The notes under the pieces are model-generated. The model saw nothing but the letters and a program-made list of their open reading frames with translations. It did not search any database and was not told the origin of the DNA. Shown here in pieces: positions 15,360 through 23,569 of a stretch of DNA of 64,000 nt (its first letter is position 1; every line of letters begins with the position of its first letter). Source of the stretch: a bacterium (GTDB lineage: Bacteria > Patescibacteriota > Patescibacteriia > UBA9934); NCBI GenBank assembly GCA_027592325.1, contig JAQCKO010000003.1, positions 941 to 64,940 on the forward strand. Reading direction: 5' to 3'. The position numbers were made by a program, and so were the translations under genes.

Positions 15360-18293
15360 ATGGTCAGAAGATCAGAATATTATCGTATCAGTGAATTTGA
15401 GAGAGGTAGTGGTCATGAGCGTCCTCGTACTTCTATGGAGGGGGTTGAGGATTATGAGGCGCGAGAGCAGTCTTTTTTGTACGCTGCTCAAGATGAGAAG
15501 CGTGATTTGAAGGATTTGCTGAATGAGGTGCGTCCGTCGACGAGGTATTGGAGTGGCATGAAATCTCGAGTGCTAGAAAGTTTGCGGCGTATTGTTGGCG
15601 TTAAGGACTATGCGTCGATTTCTGATTCGCTTTCTAGTGAGGCTGCGCTAGACGCTTCTGGCGTTGAAGCGGAGGTTGCAGCCATGCGCGAAGATTTGGA
15701 AGTCCGAGAGCTTGAAGCTATTCTTGCGGAGTCACGTGGATCATCGCTTTTGGCGCGTCTCCGAGAGTTTTCATTTTCCTTTTTAGCAAAGCGTCAGCGA
15801 ATTTCGTTCGATGATAAGGGCGGCGAAGTGTCTAGCAAGCCAACCGCAGCGATCGAGAAGATTCAAAAAGTAGAGGAAAAGCGAGAAGAAATTTCCCTTA
15901 CCGATTGGCTTGAGGCGAAGATTCGTCGCGCTCGAGCGGAACGTATGTCCGATGGAGCTTCGGATGATGAGGTGCGGTTGGTTGATGATGAAATTTCGGA
16001 ATGGTTTCGAGCGAAGTTGGATCATTTTTTTGTGAGTGGTGGTGATCCTACGGATGAACAGGTATTGATTGATTGGCTTGAATCTGACGGTGAAGAAGTT
16101 GTTCCATCGGTTGAGACTACGGTTGTTCCGCGAGATAGCGATATATCTTCATCTGAAAAGCCGGGTGATGATGAAGAAGCGATTGAGAAAATGCTTGCGG
16201 AGATTCGCGGGCGTGAGGGGTTTTTGAATTCACTTTCTAACCATCGACGATATGTTCATGCTTTTCAATTAGCTTCGTTTTTAATGGCATCTGACGGAGG
16301 GAGTGCAGAAGCGTACAGGGATCTGGGGTCGGATATTGAAAAAGAAATGCAAGCAGGATTGGGAGAGAAGGTTGATTTAGAGGGGGTGCTTGAGGAGGAT
16401 CTTGATCATTTGGTGATGTACCGCTCGAATGAGCTTTTGAAAGCGTTTATTGAGGCGCCTGATCATCCTTTGGCTGCGAAGGGATTGCAAATGATGGCGG
16501 CGGAAAATCCATGCTATTTTGCGGGCGGATTATCTGCATTTTTTGAGCAGAGTTATTATAAAGATTTGCTTGAAGAAGTGATTTTTGCTGATCCTCGGTA
16601 TACGCTTGGCGTATTAGCTGAAGCAAAAGGGGATCAGAAGAACAGTGCTCTTGCCGATGAGGTTACCACTTTACTAAAGGATTCAACTCAGCTATCGGCG
16701 GAAACAATGCTAGTGCTGTCTTCTGAGGATATGCCAGCTTTTGAACGTGATAGGCTAGCTGATATTTTCCCTTTTTTGGTACGTGACAATGTGGGCGGTG
16801 AATTGTTTGACCAGATTCTGGGGGATGATCATGCGTATGTGGATGGACTCGTGTATGTGGCTTCGAATGATTTTGGGATTATGTCTGAGCGGGCCGACGA
16901 TACATTGAATGTAATTATGGACGAGCGCGTGGCTAGAATGAATAACTTGCAGGAGTCAGGGGACCCATATGCATCGATTAGGGGGGCGAGTGTTGATGAG
17001 CTGTATGCAACCATGGCCTATGGTAACTATGCAGCTCCGTGGATGGTCGATACGATGTTTAAAGAGCTTTCAGCGAAGATGAGGGAGGATGGCCTGGGGT
17101 CGAAGCAATTGGTTGATCGGCTGGGCGGACTTCAATTTCAGCAGTTTGCGGAAAATCTTTCAGAGGTAGGGCTATTTGATGAATTTTTGGTATTGGCCGT
17201 CGCTGAGCATCGCGGGAAGGCGCTCATTGATCGTTTTATTTCTGGGATTACTTCTGATAATGCTCGTGAATCGCTCGGACATATTACTCAGATGATTCAA
17301 CTCACCTCGCATACGGGTGTTCAATCGTATTTGAAGGAAGCTATCGAGCGCGAGTACGTGACAGCTCGTGATTCTGGCGACAAAGATCAACAGCGTGCTT
17401 ATGGAGTGCTTTCTTCTTTATTTGGCGAAGAAGCGACATGGCTTGATTCTAATGAATATATGGTTTCACCGCAGGAGAAGCTGGCCATTTCAGAGCTCTT
17501 CGATGAGAGTGGTCGCAGTGTTTCAGAGAATCGTTTTTATCAAGATATAGATAGTGATGGGCATTGGTCGTTTCTTAGCTGGGTGCAGCAACAGAAGCAG
17601 CTTGGGTTTGATGTGGAAGATCATGGAACCTTCATTCGTATGGTTAGGAAGCAAGAGAATCGTGTGGTGATTTTGTACGGAAATAAGCCTCAAGCTTCTC
17701 CACACGGTGCTACGAAACTCAAGGCCATGGATTATGCTCAATTTCAGCAGTTTAAGAAGAGTGCTGGACTAGGTGATGGGATCGCGGACGTACCGAGAGA
17801 TCGGTGGGATGACGGTATGAATGGAGTTGCTGATATGCGTGAACATATGCAAGCGAATGGCTTAGATGGGCAGATTTTGGTGCATCGTGGTCATTCGTAT
17901 TGGAATCAGTATACACTTGAAGATGTTTATGATTCGACCAGGCTTGTTATTGATGGGTCCTGCGGGGGAGCGGGGACTGTTCAGAATGCAATTCGTGCGA
18001 ATCCTGATGTGCAGATGCTTTATACTCGAGGGATTGGTTCAACGGGTATTAATGATACATTGGTTCGAAATATTAATGCGTTATTGATTGCAGGTAAAGA
18101 TATCGTTTGGAGTGATTTGCGAAGTGAAACTGGCGGAGAGTTCGGCGCCCTCTATAGCGATGCAGAGACTAGAGAAAAGGCTGAGGGATATTATGATAAG
18201 TATGTTTTTCCAGATCAGAAACAAGGTCTTTCTACGCGTGTTGTGCAACGATTTTTAGCCGGCGATACAGATCCCATTATAACAGCAGGTTAA
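15360..18293 (+). CDS. large acidic hypothetical protein (977 aa) with C-terminal His...Cys pattern whose order matches clan-CD (caspase-like) peptidases
   Basis: Long Asp/Glu-rich helical N-terminal region. C-terminal QILVHRGHSYW then RLVIDGSCGGAG, each after a hydrophobic strand, with His before Cys. Start uncertain (15360 or a downstream Met). Confidence 0.5.
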   Translation: MVRRSEYYRISEFERGSGHERPRTSMEGVEDYEAREQSFLYAAQDEKRDLKDLLNEVRPSTRYWSGMKSRVLESLRRIVGVKDYASISDSLSSEAALDASGVEAEVAAMREDLEVRELEAILAESRGSSLLARLREFSFSFLAKRQRISFDDKGGEVSSKPTAAIEKIQKVEEKREEISLTDWLEAKIRRARAERMSDGASDDEVRLVDDEISEWFRAKLDHFFVSGGDPTDEQVLIDWLESDGEEVVPSVETTVVPRDSDISSSEKPGDDEEAIEKMLAEIRGREGFLNSLSNHRRYVHAFQLASFLMASDGGSAEAYRDLGSDIEKEMQAGLGEKVDLEGVLEEDLDHLVMYRSNELLKAFIEAPDHPLAAKGLQMMAAENPCYFAGGLSAFFEQSYYKDLLEEVIFADPRYTLGVLAEAKGDQKNSALADEVTTLLKDSTQLSAETMLVLSSEDMPAFERDRLADIFPFLVRDNVGGELFDQILGDDHAYVDGLVYVASNDFGIMSERADDTLNVIMDERVARMNNLQESGDPYASIRGASVDELYATMAYGNYAAPWMVDTMFKELSAKMREDGLGSKQLVDRLGGLQFQQFAENLSEVGLFDEFLVLAVAEHRGKALIDRFISGITSDNARESLGHITQMIQLTSHTGVQSYLKEAIEREYVTARDSGDKDQQRAYGVLSSLFGEEATWLDSNEYMVSPQEKLAISELFDESGRSVSENRFYQDIDSDGHWSFLSWVQQQKQLGFDVEDHGTFIRMVRKQENRVVILYGNKPQASPHGATKLKAMDYAQFQQFKKSAGLGDGIADVPRDRWDDGMNGVADMREHMQANGLDGQILVHRGHSYWNQYTLEDVYDSTRLVIDGSCGGAGTVQNAIRANPDVQMLYTRGIGSTGINDTLVRNINALLIAGKDIVWSDLRSETGGEFGALYSDAETREKAEGYYDKYVFPDQKQGLSTRVVQRFLAGDTDPIITAG

Positions 18294-18294
18294 T

Positions 18295-18549
18295 ATGAAT
18301 AAACGATTATTTGCACTTATTCATTCATCTGATTTAGCGAAGGATGAACAGTATCGATTTCTTGGTATGCTTCGAGCTTCTTCTGAGTTAGATCAGAAAA
18401 AACTGGCGGTACTATTTTTGGAAGACCCTGCTTCTTTGCGAGCTGTTTTCGAAAATTTTGACGCGAAGCGTTCGGCGAAGGAGGACGGGAGTGTGGAGCT
18501 TTTTGAGCAGGCTATTGATAAAGAAAAGGAGTTTTTGCAAAATCTCTAA
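18295..18549 (+). CDS. small hypothetical protein (84 aa), translationally coupled to the upstream large protein
   Basis: Starts 1 nt after the stop of the 977-aa ORF. Confidence 0.45.
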   Translation: MNKRLFALIHSSDLAKDEQYRFLGMLRASSELDQKKLAVLFLEDPASLRAVFENFDAKRSAKEDGSVELFEQAIDKEKEFLQNL

Positions 18550-18618
18550 AAACGGCTCCATTAACAAGACCCCATTCGCCGTTGCGTTTGGGGTCTTTCG
18601 CCGTGAACTGAGCGTGTC

Positions 18619-19368
18619 TCAATTCGTTTGGCAGTCGTAGGCGCCGTCAGCGTTGACAGTGCAGTTCATTGGGATGATGAGGACCTCGTCGCCGACCTCT
18701 GCGACGTCGAAGAGGTAGTTCATCCAGGCACCATCCACGCCGACGCAGCCTTGGGTGTATTGCCCGGGCGTCCAGGAGTGGATGAGGATGTCTCCCCCCA
18801 TCGCGGTTTGTTGCGACGGTACCCTGCCGCTCTCGATGTGTTTCAGCATGCGTTTCATGGTGGGCTCGTCGATGACACCCTGCGTAAATGCACGCTTGAT
18901 GTCGCGACGGCGGGGGTAGTCGATGCGGAGGCCCTGCTCGAAACTCGTCTTGTACGGGTAGGCGCGATCGGAGTCGCGCGTCGCCTTCACGTGGACGACG
19001 TACTTGCCCTCGGGCGTTGACGACCAGTCGCGGCGGGTCTTTGGCCCTTCAGGCGTCTTCCCCATGTTCACGGGGATGCAGACAGTTTCGCCGCTCTGTA
19101 CCACCAGATAGCCTTCGTAATAAAGGGCGATGTGGTGGGTGTCCTTGAAGACCACCAGGGTGCGCTTCCCGGTTGTTCGACCGTCTGGTCGGTACTCGAT
19201 GGGAAGCTTGCCAAGGTCGGCGGGGCAGGGCGACTCCTTCTCGTAGGAGTAAGGGTTGTCGCTCCACGGGTGGGGAGCGGTCGCGGATGTGGTTATGATG
19301 TCGGCTGGTTTCTGAGGAGCGCAAAATGTCAGGTTTGAGGTCAGGGCGAGAATGAATGCTCGGAGCAT
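18619..19368 (-). CDS. secreted L,D-transpeptidase (YkuD-like) domain protein, compositionally foreign
   Basis: Signal peptide, then IHSWTPGQYTQGCVGV matching the LD-transpeptidase His/Cys catalytic motif. Markedly higher GC than all neighbours, and a high-GC gene typically carries long shadow ORFs on other frames (18628-19020, 19049-19324, 19132-19338). Confidence 0.6.
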   Translation of the reverse strand: MLRAFILALTSNLTFCAPQKPADIITTSATAPHPWSDNPYSYEKESPCPADLGKLPIEYRPDGRTTGKRTLVVFKDTHHIALYYEGYLVVQSGETVCIPVNMGKTPEGPKTRRDWSSTPEGKYVVHVKATRDSDRAYPYKTSFEQGLRIDYPRRRDIKRAFTQGVIDEPTMKRMLKHIESGRVPSQQTAMGGDILIHSWTPGQYTQGCVGVDGAWMNYLFDVAEVGDEVLIIPMNCTVNADGAYDCQTN

Positions 19369-19930
19369 GGCATCTCCAGCATGAAGTTAAAGAATTGACT
19401 GACCACTAACCTTAGCTTAAATGTGTTCATTTTGTCAAGGGGGTAATTGTTTTTACTCCTATCAAGCTTGTCAACAAGATTTTCCTGTTTCTCGCTTATT
19501 TTGATATAATGTGCAGCCGATCTCGCTCAGACGCTTTGCGCTCCTGATACGGAATCTGCCTATTGTGCAACTACGGATACGGCGGTCTATTATGTGACGC
19601 CAGATTGCCAGCGGTATTTTTTGAACGAGGATATTTTCATTAGTTATTATTCTTCTTGGGATGAAGTGAAGGAGAATGAGGAACTTTCCTTTATGCCTTC
19701 GGGGCCAAATTATCCCCTTTAATTTGGAACGCCTGTAAAGACGGTGAACGATCCCAAGGTCTGCATATTACTCCTTCCACTTTTGCCACTACCAGTATTT
19801 TTTTGTATTTGTTTCTTGCTTTGAAGAAAAATTACAAAATCAACTGGGTATTACTGTGGCTATTGTAGATATGGATGAGTATTGGCTAGACCGAGAATCC
19901 GATGCCTTCAAAGATGGCCGCGATCAGGAA

Positions 19931-19958
19931 CAGCTCGAATCCATGTGATGCGGAGCCA
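19931..19958 (+). repeat. junction repeat R8 (short variant ...GCTCGAATCCATGTGATGCGGAGCCA)
   Basis: Ends CGGAGCCA. Followed by the class C hairpin GGGACTCGAAC-TATCCAAT-GTTCGAG plus T-run (19961-19998). Confidence 0.65.
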
Positions 19959-20024
19959 ATGGGACTCGAACTATCCAATGTTCGAGTTTTGTTTTATGCT
20001 AGAGAAAAATTCGGTTCTAATTAT

Positions 20025-20432
20025 ATGAATCATATAGCAACAGGGATATTGATAGACAAGGATGGAAAACTCTTGGCCTATCTACGAGATGACAAACCGA
20101 GCATTCCGTTTCCTAATCATTGGGATCTTTTTGGTGGATACGTAGAAGATGGGGAAACGAATGAAGAAGCTCTTGTGCGTGAAGTGCAGGAAGAATTGGG
20201 ATGTAACCTCAAAGATTACAGCTTCTACAAAGATTATGAGTGTTTGAAGGGCGATGACCATGTAAATGTGAAGCATGTTTTTGTTGCGCACATTGATGCA
20301 AAAGCGGATGACCTGACTTTATATGAGGGTCAAGAGCTGCGTGGTATTCCACTTGAAGAAATACATGAGTACAAATGGGCAAACATTTTGGGAGTGATTT
20401 TGGATGACTTCGTAAAAGATCAAGCAAACTGA
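20025..20432 (+). CDS. NUDIX hydrolase
   Basis: Nudix box GGYVEDGETNEEALVREVQEELG. Start trimmed to ATG 20025, downstream of the junction hairpin. Confidence 0.75.
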   Translation: MNHIATGILIDKDGKLLAYLRDDKPSIPFPNHWDLFGGYVEDGETNEEALVREVQEELGCNLKDYSFYKDYECLKGDDHVNVKHVFVAHIDAKADDLTLYEGQELRGIPLEEIHEYKWANILGVILDDFVKDQAN

Positions 20433-20464
20433 GCCATCATAGGCTTAACTCCTGCCACTTGACC

Positions 20465-20493
20465 GTTCTGAACCCGTTCAGTATTCGAAGACA
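20465..20493 (+). repeat. junction repeat R9 (degenerate end CGAAGACA)
   Basis: GTTCTGAACCCGTTCAGTATTCGAAGACA, preceded by a 40-nt extension identical to 14777-14816. Followed by the hairpin CCTCAGCA-GAAA-TGCTGGGG plus T-run and a GGGGTTCGAACTG motif. Confidence 0.7.
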
Positions 20494-20598
20494 ACATCGC
20501 CTCAGCAGAAATGCTGGGGGTTTGTTATTGTTTTTGGACTTCCCGAAATGGGGTTCGAACTGATATAGTCCGAGAAGTAATTTTTTAACTCTCTAGTT

Positions 20599-20784
20599 AT
20601 GAAGACAATGAAATGTGATATGTGTGAAGCGACCGCAGAAGGCGAAACATTTGAGGCGTGGATGCAGGCTCTCATGCCTCATTACATGCAAGTTCATGCA
20701 GACGTAATGAATGATCCTAAGAATGGGAAAGAGGAGCAGATGAAATGGATGGTTGAAAATAAGGCAAGGTTTGAGGCTGCCTAA
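20599..20784 (+). CDS. small hypothetical protein (61 aa, CxxC near N-terminus)
   Basis: MKCDMCEATAEG. Sole ORF in cassette R9-R10. Confidence 0.4.
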   Translation: MKTMKCDMCEATAEGETFEAWMQALMPHYMQVHADVMNDPKNGKEEQMKWMVENKARFEAA

Positions 20785-20890
20785 AATCACGCGGCAACTA
20801 TCGATTGTTATGCCGAAAAATAATCGCTAAACCAAATCTGACACTGTGAAGGTCGGGGTGCTAGCATGCCCTTTGTACTTCTGAATAGCA

Positions 20891-20918
20891 GTTTTACATC
20901 CTCTACGACGCGGAGCCA
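20891..20918 (+). repeat. junction repeat R10 (GTTTTACATCCTCTACGACGCGGAGCCA)
   Basis: Ends CGGAGCCA. Followed by the same CTCAGCAGAAATGCTGGG hairpin and CCCGAAATGGGGTTCGAACTG motif as R9. Confidence 0.7.
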
Positions 20919-21104
20919 ACAAAATCTCAGCAGAAATGCTGGGATTTTGTTATTGTTTTTGGATTACCCGAAATGGGGTTCGAACTGGTAAAGTATATCT
21001 GTATGGATTCGATCAAATTTCACCCGAACGATGGCATGCATGTCTTGAAGACGATTGGCTAACCATACATGAAACAGAAATTAAATGATCACCGAAGAAA
21101 TACC

Positions 21105-21491
21105 ATGAAACTCAAAATCCAAACAGCTAATGCCCCCTTGCCAAAAAGTAGCCCTCACTCCCAGGCCATCGTCGCGAATGGTTTTGTTTTCACTCAAGGT
21201 TCCATTTGCTTAACAACTGAAGGTAAACTTCTTGAGGGAACCATCGAAGAACAGATTCATCAAATCATGAAAAATCTGAAAGCTATTTTGGATGAAGCGC
21301 ATGTGTCATTTGAAGATGTAGTGAAGTCCACCATTTATCTTACAGACATGTCGTTATACGGAAAGGTAAATGAGATTTATGGGAGCTACTTCTCAGATCC
21401 ATACCCAGCACGGGAGACCGTATGCGTTTCCGAGCTTCCTCTTGGCGCGAAGGTTGAAATCAGCATGATCGCCGCCTTAACTATCCAATAA
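21105..21491 (+). CDS. ridA: RidA/YjgF-family reactive-intermediate deaminase
   Basis: PARETVCVSELPLGAKVEI C-terminal motif, about 128 aa. Start trimmed to MKLKIQT. Confidence 0.75.
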   Translation: MKLKIQTANAPLPKSSPHSQAIVANGFVFTQGSICLTTEGKLLEGTIEEQIHQIMKNLKAILDEAHVSFEDVVKSTIYLTDMSLYGKVNEIYGSYFSDPYPARETVCVSELPLGAKVEISMIAALTIQ

Positions 21492-21575
21492 CCTAATGAT
21501 GCATTTGCGTGATGAAGTGACAGCTGGTGTGCATTTTCTCCATACTCACCTTCACCTCAGCATAAACACTCCCCA

Positions 21576-21604
21576 GTTCGGTAAAAAGGTAATCTAGGGA
21601 GCCA
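21576..21604 (+). repeat. junction repeat R11 (degenerate: GTTCGGTAAAAAGGTAATCTAGGGAGCCA)
   Basis: 29 nt retaining GTTCGG...GGAGCCA. Followed by a class A terminator (CATATG-TTTTA-CAGGTG plus T7) and block P4 (21636-21677). Confidence 0.55.
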
Positions 21605-21684
21605 GCAAAAGACATATGTTTTACAGGTGTTTTTTTGTTTGACCCAAGTGGGACGTCAGAACCAGAATCTGATAAACTGTCATT

Positions 21685-22335
21685 ATGAAACGGCTAAAAG
21701 ACACATTTCTTGAGACAATACAGTCACAGATCAACTTTACTGAAAAAACGTTATTTGAAGTTGGATGTGGAGATGGTTCTCGTACGGTGCAAATGGCAAA
21801 ATACTGCAAGCAAATTTTTGCCATAGAACCTGACGCTGAAAAGGTGCAGTTAGCTATAAAGTCGAATGCACAAAAAAACATTACCTACTCCGTTGGATAT
21901 GCCGAGCAGCTACCAGCGGGAGATCATACATTTGATATCGTGATCTTCACACTCTCTCTGCATCACGTAGCAATCAAGAAAATGAATGTAGCTTTAGACG
22001 AAGCGATTCGTGTAGTAAAAAAGAATGGATACATAATTGTTTTCGAACCAGCCTTCAATGGATCATTTTTTGAAGCCGAGATCGCTTTTGATGCATGTGA
22101 TGGTGATGAGCGGATGCAAAAGGCATCCGCTTACGCACACATACTCTCACATCCGAATCTTAAAGAGGTGGCGGAACTGAATGACGAAACAGTTTTTCAG
22201 TTTGATTCGTACGAAGATTTCGTTTCGTCCATGAATCCATCAATTCGAACAGCTGATGAAATCAATACCTTTCTCGAAAAGCATAATTACGTCTTAAAGG
22301 CAGATCGTCGCATCAATATTTTTCAACCTTATTAG
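21685..22335 (+). CDS. class I SAM-dependent methyltransferase
   Basis: FEVGCGDGSRT motif I. 216 aa. Confidence 0.7.
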   Translation: MKRLKDTFLETIQSQINFTEKTLFEVGCGDGSRTVQMAKYCKQIFAIEPDAEKVQLAIKSNAQKNITYSVGYAEQLPAGDHTFDIVIFTLSLHHVAIKKMNVALDEAIRVVKKNGYIIVFEPAFNGSFFEAEIAFDACDGDERMQKASAYAHILSHPNLKEVAELNDETVFQFDSYEDFVSSMNPSIRTADEINTFLEKHNYVLKADRRINIFQPY

Positions 22336-22360
22336 ATTTTCTAAAACCGCCAAATTCATC

Positions 22361-22389
22361 GTTCTGAATCCGTCCAGTATGCGGAGCCA
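22361..22389 (+). repeat. junction repeat R12 (GTTCTGAATCCGTCCAGTATGCGGAGCCA)
   Basis: Followed by a class A terminator (CATCTG-TTTTA-CAGGTG plus T-run) and block P5 (22420-22447). Confidence 0.8.
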
Positions 22390-22485
22390 GCAAAAGACAT
22401 CTGTTTTACAGGTGATTTTTGTTTGACCCAAGTGGGACGTCAGAACCATTGACCTTTATTTTTTAATCCTAGATACTTTAACAGT

Positions 22486-22983
22486 ATGGATGACGTATAC
22501 ATTGGTAAAGGAAAGCTTGCAGGAAAGGGTGTGTATGCAGCTCGTGATTTCGCAGTCGGCGAAGTCGTGAAATATTACAATCTCAAATCTTTTTCACAAT
22601 TAGATTTTGATAACCTCCCCGATGAAGAGAAGATGTTTGTACATTCCTTTTGGGGCGAGATGTTTTTATTTCCAGAACCATCTCGATATACAAATCACTC
22701 AGCAAATCCAAATACCCGATCGGATCTTAAGAAAATGTGTGATATTGCCATAAGACCCATCAAAAAAGGAGAAATGATAACTACTAATGCGACTACCGAG
22801 GTGCGCAAAGAACTACAAACATTTTTGGAGGCTCACGAGGGTATTGAGATTAAAGATTTCAAATGGCTCAAGGGTGGTTACCGAAATGCTACTGTTTCCT
22901 ACTTGGTATCAAACGGGTCTAAGAAAGTGCTCAATCTAAAGCGAATCGATGGAAATTGGCGTATTTTGAAAGAGAGTGTTTAA
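22486..22983 (+). CDS. SET-domain protein (putative protein-lysine methyltransferase)
   Basis: N-terminal GKGVYAARDFAVGEVV, then RYTNHSANPN (compare SET NHSCxPN) and GEMITTNAT (compare GEELTxxY). 165 aa. Confidence 0.5.
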   Translation: MDDVYIGKGKLAGKGVYAARDFAVGEVVKYYNLKSFSQLDFDNLPDEEKMFVHSFWGEMFLFPEPSRYTNHSANPNTRSDLKKMCDIAIRPIKKGEMITTNATTEVRKELQTFLEAHEGIEIKDFKWLKGGYRNATVSYLVSNGSKKVLNLKRIDGNWRILKESV

Positions 22984-23011
22984 GTTTATATGTACTTCGC
23001 TCCATTTCACC

Positions 23012-23040
23012 GTTCGGAACCCGTCCACCAATCGGAGCCA
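23012..23040 (+). repeat. junction repeat R13 (GTTCGGAACCCGTCCACCAATCGGAGCCA), last copy
   Basis: Followed by the class C hairpin GGGACTCGAAC-TGTTAAAG-GTTCGAG plus T-run (23041-23078). No further copies downstream. Confidence 0.75.
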
Positions 23041-23145
23041 ATGGGACTCGAACTGTTAAAGGTTCGAGTCTTGTTTATGCCAAAGAAGATAGTAGTTCAG
23101 AGAGTAGCAATGTTCAATCATACGAAATACTGATAACATACCTTT

Positions 23146-23523
23146 ATGCAAAGAGATGTATTTCTGACATTTTCCAGATGGGTAGCAGTTATGTTGTTGA
23201 CTGCTTCTTTTGTGATCCCCTCTGTGCATAGTGTACATGCAGCTGAAATGGAAATGGATCATGAGAGAATGCACACGGAATGTAAGGATACTGGCTGTGA
23301 AGATTCAGAAGCTAAGCAAGATTGCTTGGAGCATTGCTTGCAAACCAATGCATCGGATGGGGTACTGTTTGTTATTGCTCCACACCAGAATGATACGCGA
23401 TCAGATACCATTCATCAGGAAATATTTGAAAGGCCTGCTCGAAAAGCAGCAAAATTATTTACGCAAAAAACTGGCCCTCCGCACAACAGGGAACGCCACC
23501 TCACAACTCAAAAACGAGAATAA
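23146..23523 (+). CDS. small secreted Cys/His/Met-rich hypothetical protein (possible periplasmic metal-binding protein)
   Basis: Signal-peptide-like MLLTASFVIPSVHSVHA and a Cys/His/Met-rich segment. Immediately upstream of the copper module. Confidence 0.35.
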   Translation: MQRDVFLTFSRWVAVMLLTASFVIPSVHSVHAAEMEMDHERMHTECKDTGCEDSEAKQDCLEHCLQTNASDGVLFVIAPHQNDTRSDTIHQEIFERPARKAAKLFTQKTGPPHNRERHLTTQKRE

Positions 23524-23569
23524 CACATTGGGGCATCTTCATTCAGAAATCCTAATATTTTTATTTTCT

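Larger units (their letters stand above)
7108..23078 (+). mobile_element. tRNA-Asn-anchored gene-cassette array (integron-like, or tandemly accreted integrase-less integrative elements). Recombinase not in window.
   Basis: 14 copies of a tRNA-3'-end-like repeat, each followed by a terminator hairpin, delimit about 13 cassettes of 1-3 genes. There is one exact 21-nt direct repeat of the tRNA 3' end. Five junctions share a conserved 45-nt block, and cargo is heterogeneous including one high-GC foreign gene. Confidence 0.55.

Noticed and set aside
15241-15510. 89-aa ORF overlapping the start of the 977-aa gene
   Set aside because: Alternate frame across the 5' end of a much longer, internally consistent ORF. 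Hydrophobic nonsense composition.
18628-19338. Plus-strand and alternate-frame ORFs (18628-19020, 19049-19324, 19132-19338) overlapping the high-GC gene
   Set aside because: Typical stop-codon-poor shadow frames of GC-rich DNA. Only the minus-strand frame has a signal peptide and the LD-transpeptidase motif.
20540-20985. Additional tRNA genes suggested by GGGGTTCGAACTG motifs at about 20545 and about 20965
   Set aside because: T-loop-like sequence only. No complementary T-stem 3' strand, acceptor stem or CCA can be built. They are parts of class C junction hairpins.
7968-23040. CRISPR array interpretation of the repeated 29-nt element
   Set aside because: Copies are 0.5-5 kb apart with whole genes between them, not 25-50 bp spacers. 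The repeats are imperfect and followed by terminators, and no cas genes are present.
23231-23569. Upstream 113 codons of raw ORF 23231-24916
   Set aside because: Overlaps ORF 23146-23523 in another frame and is rich in rare and basic residues. The HMA domain begins at the in-frame ATG 23570, which has a short spacer after the upstream stop.
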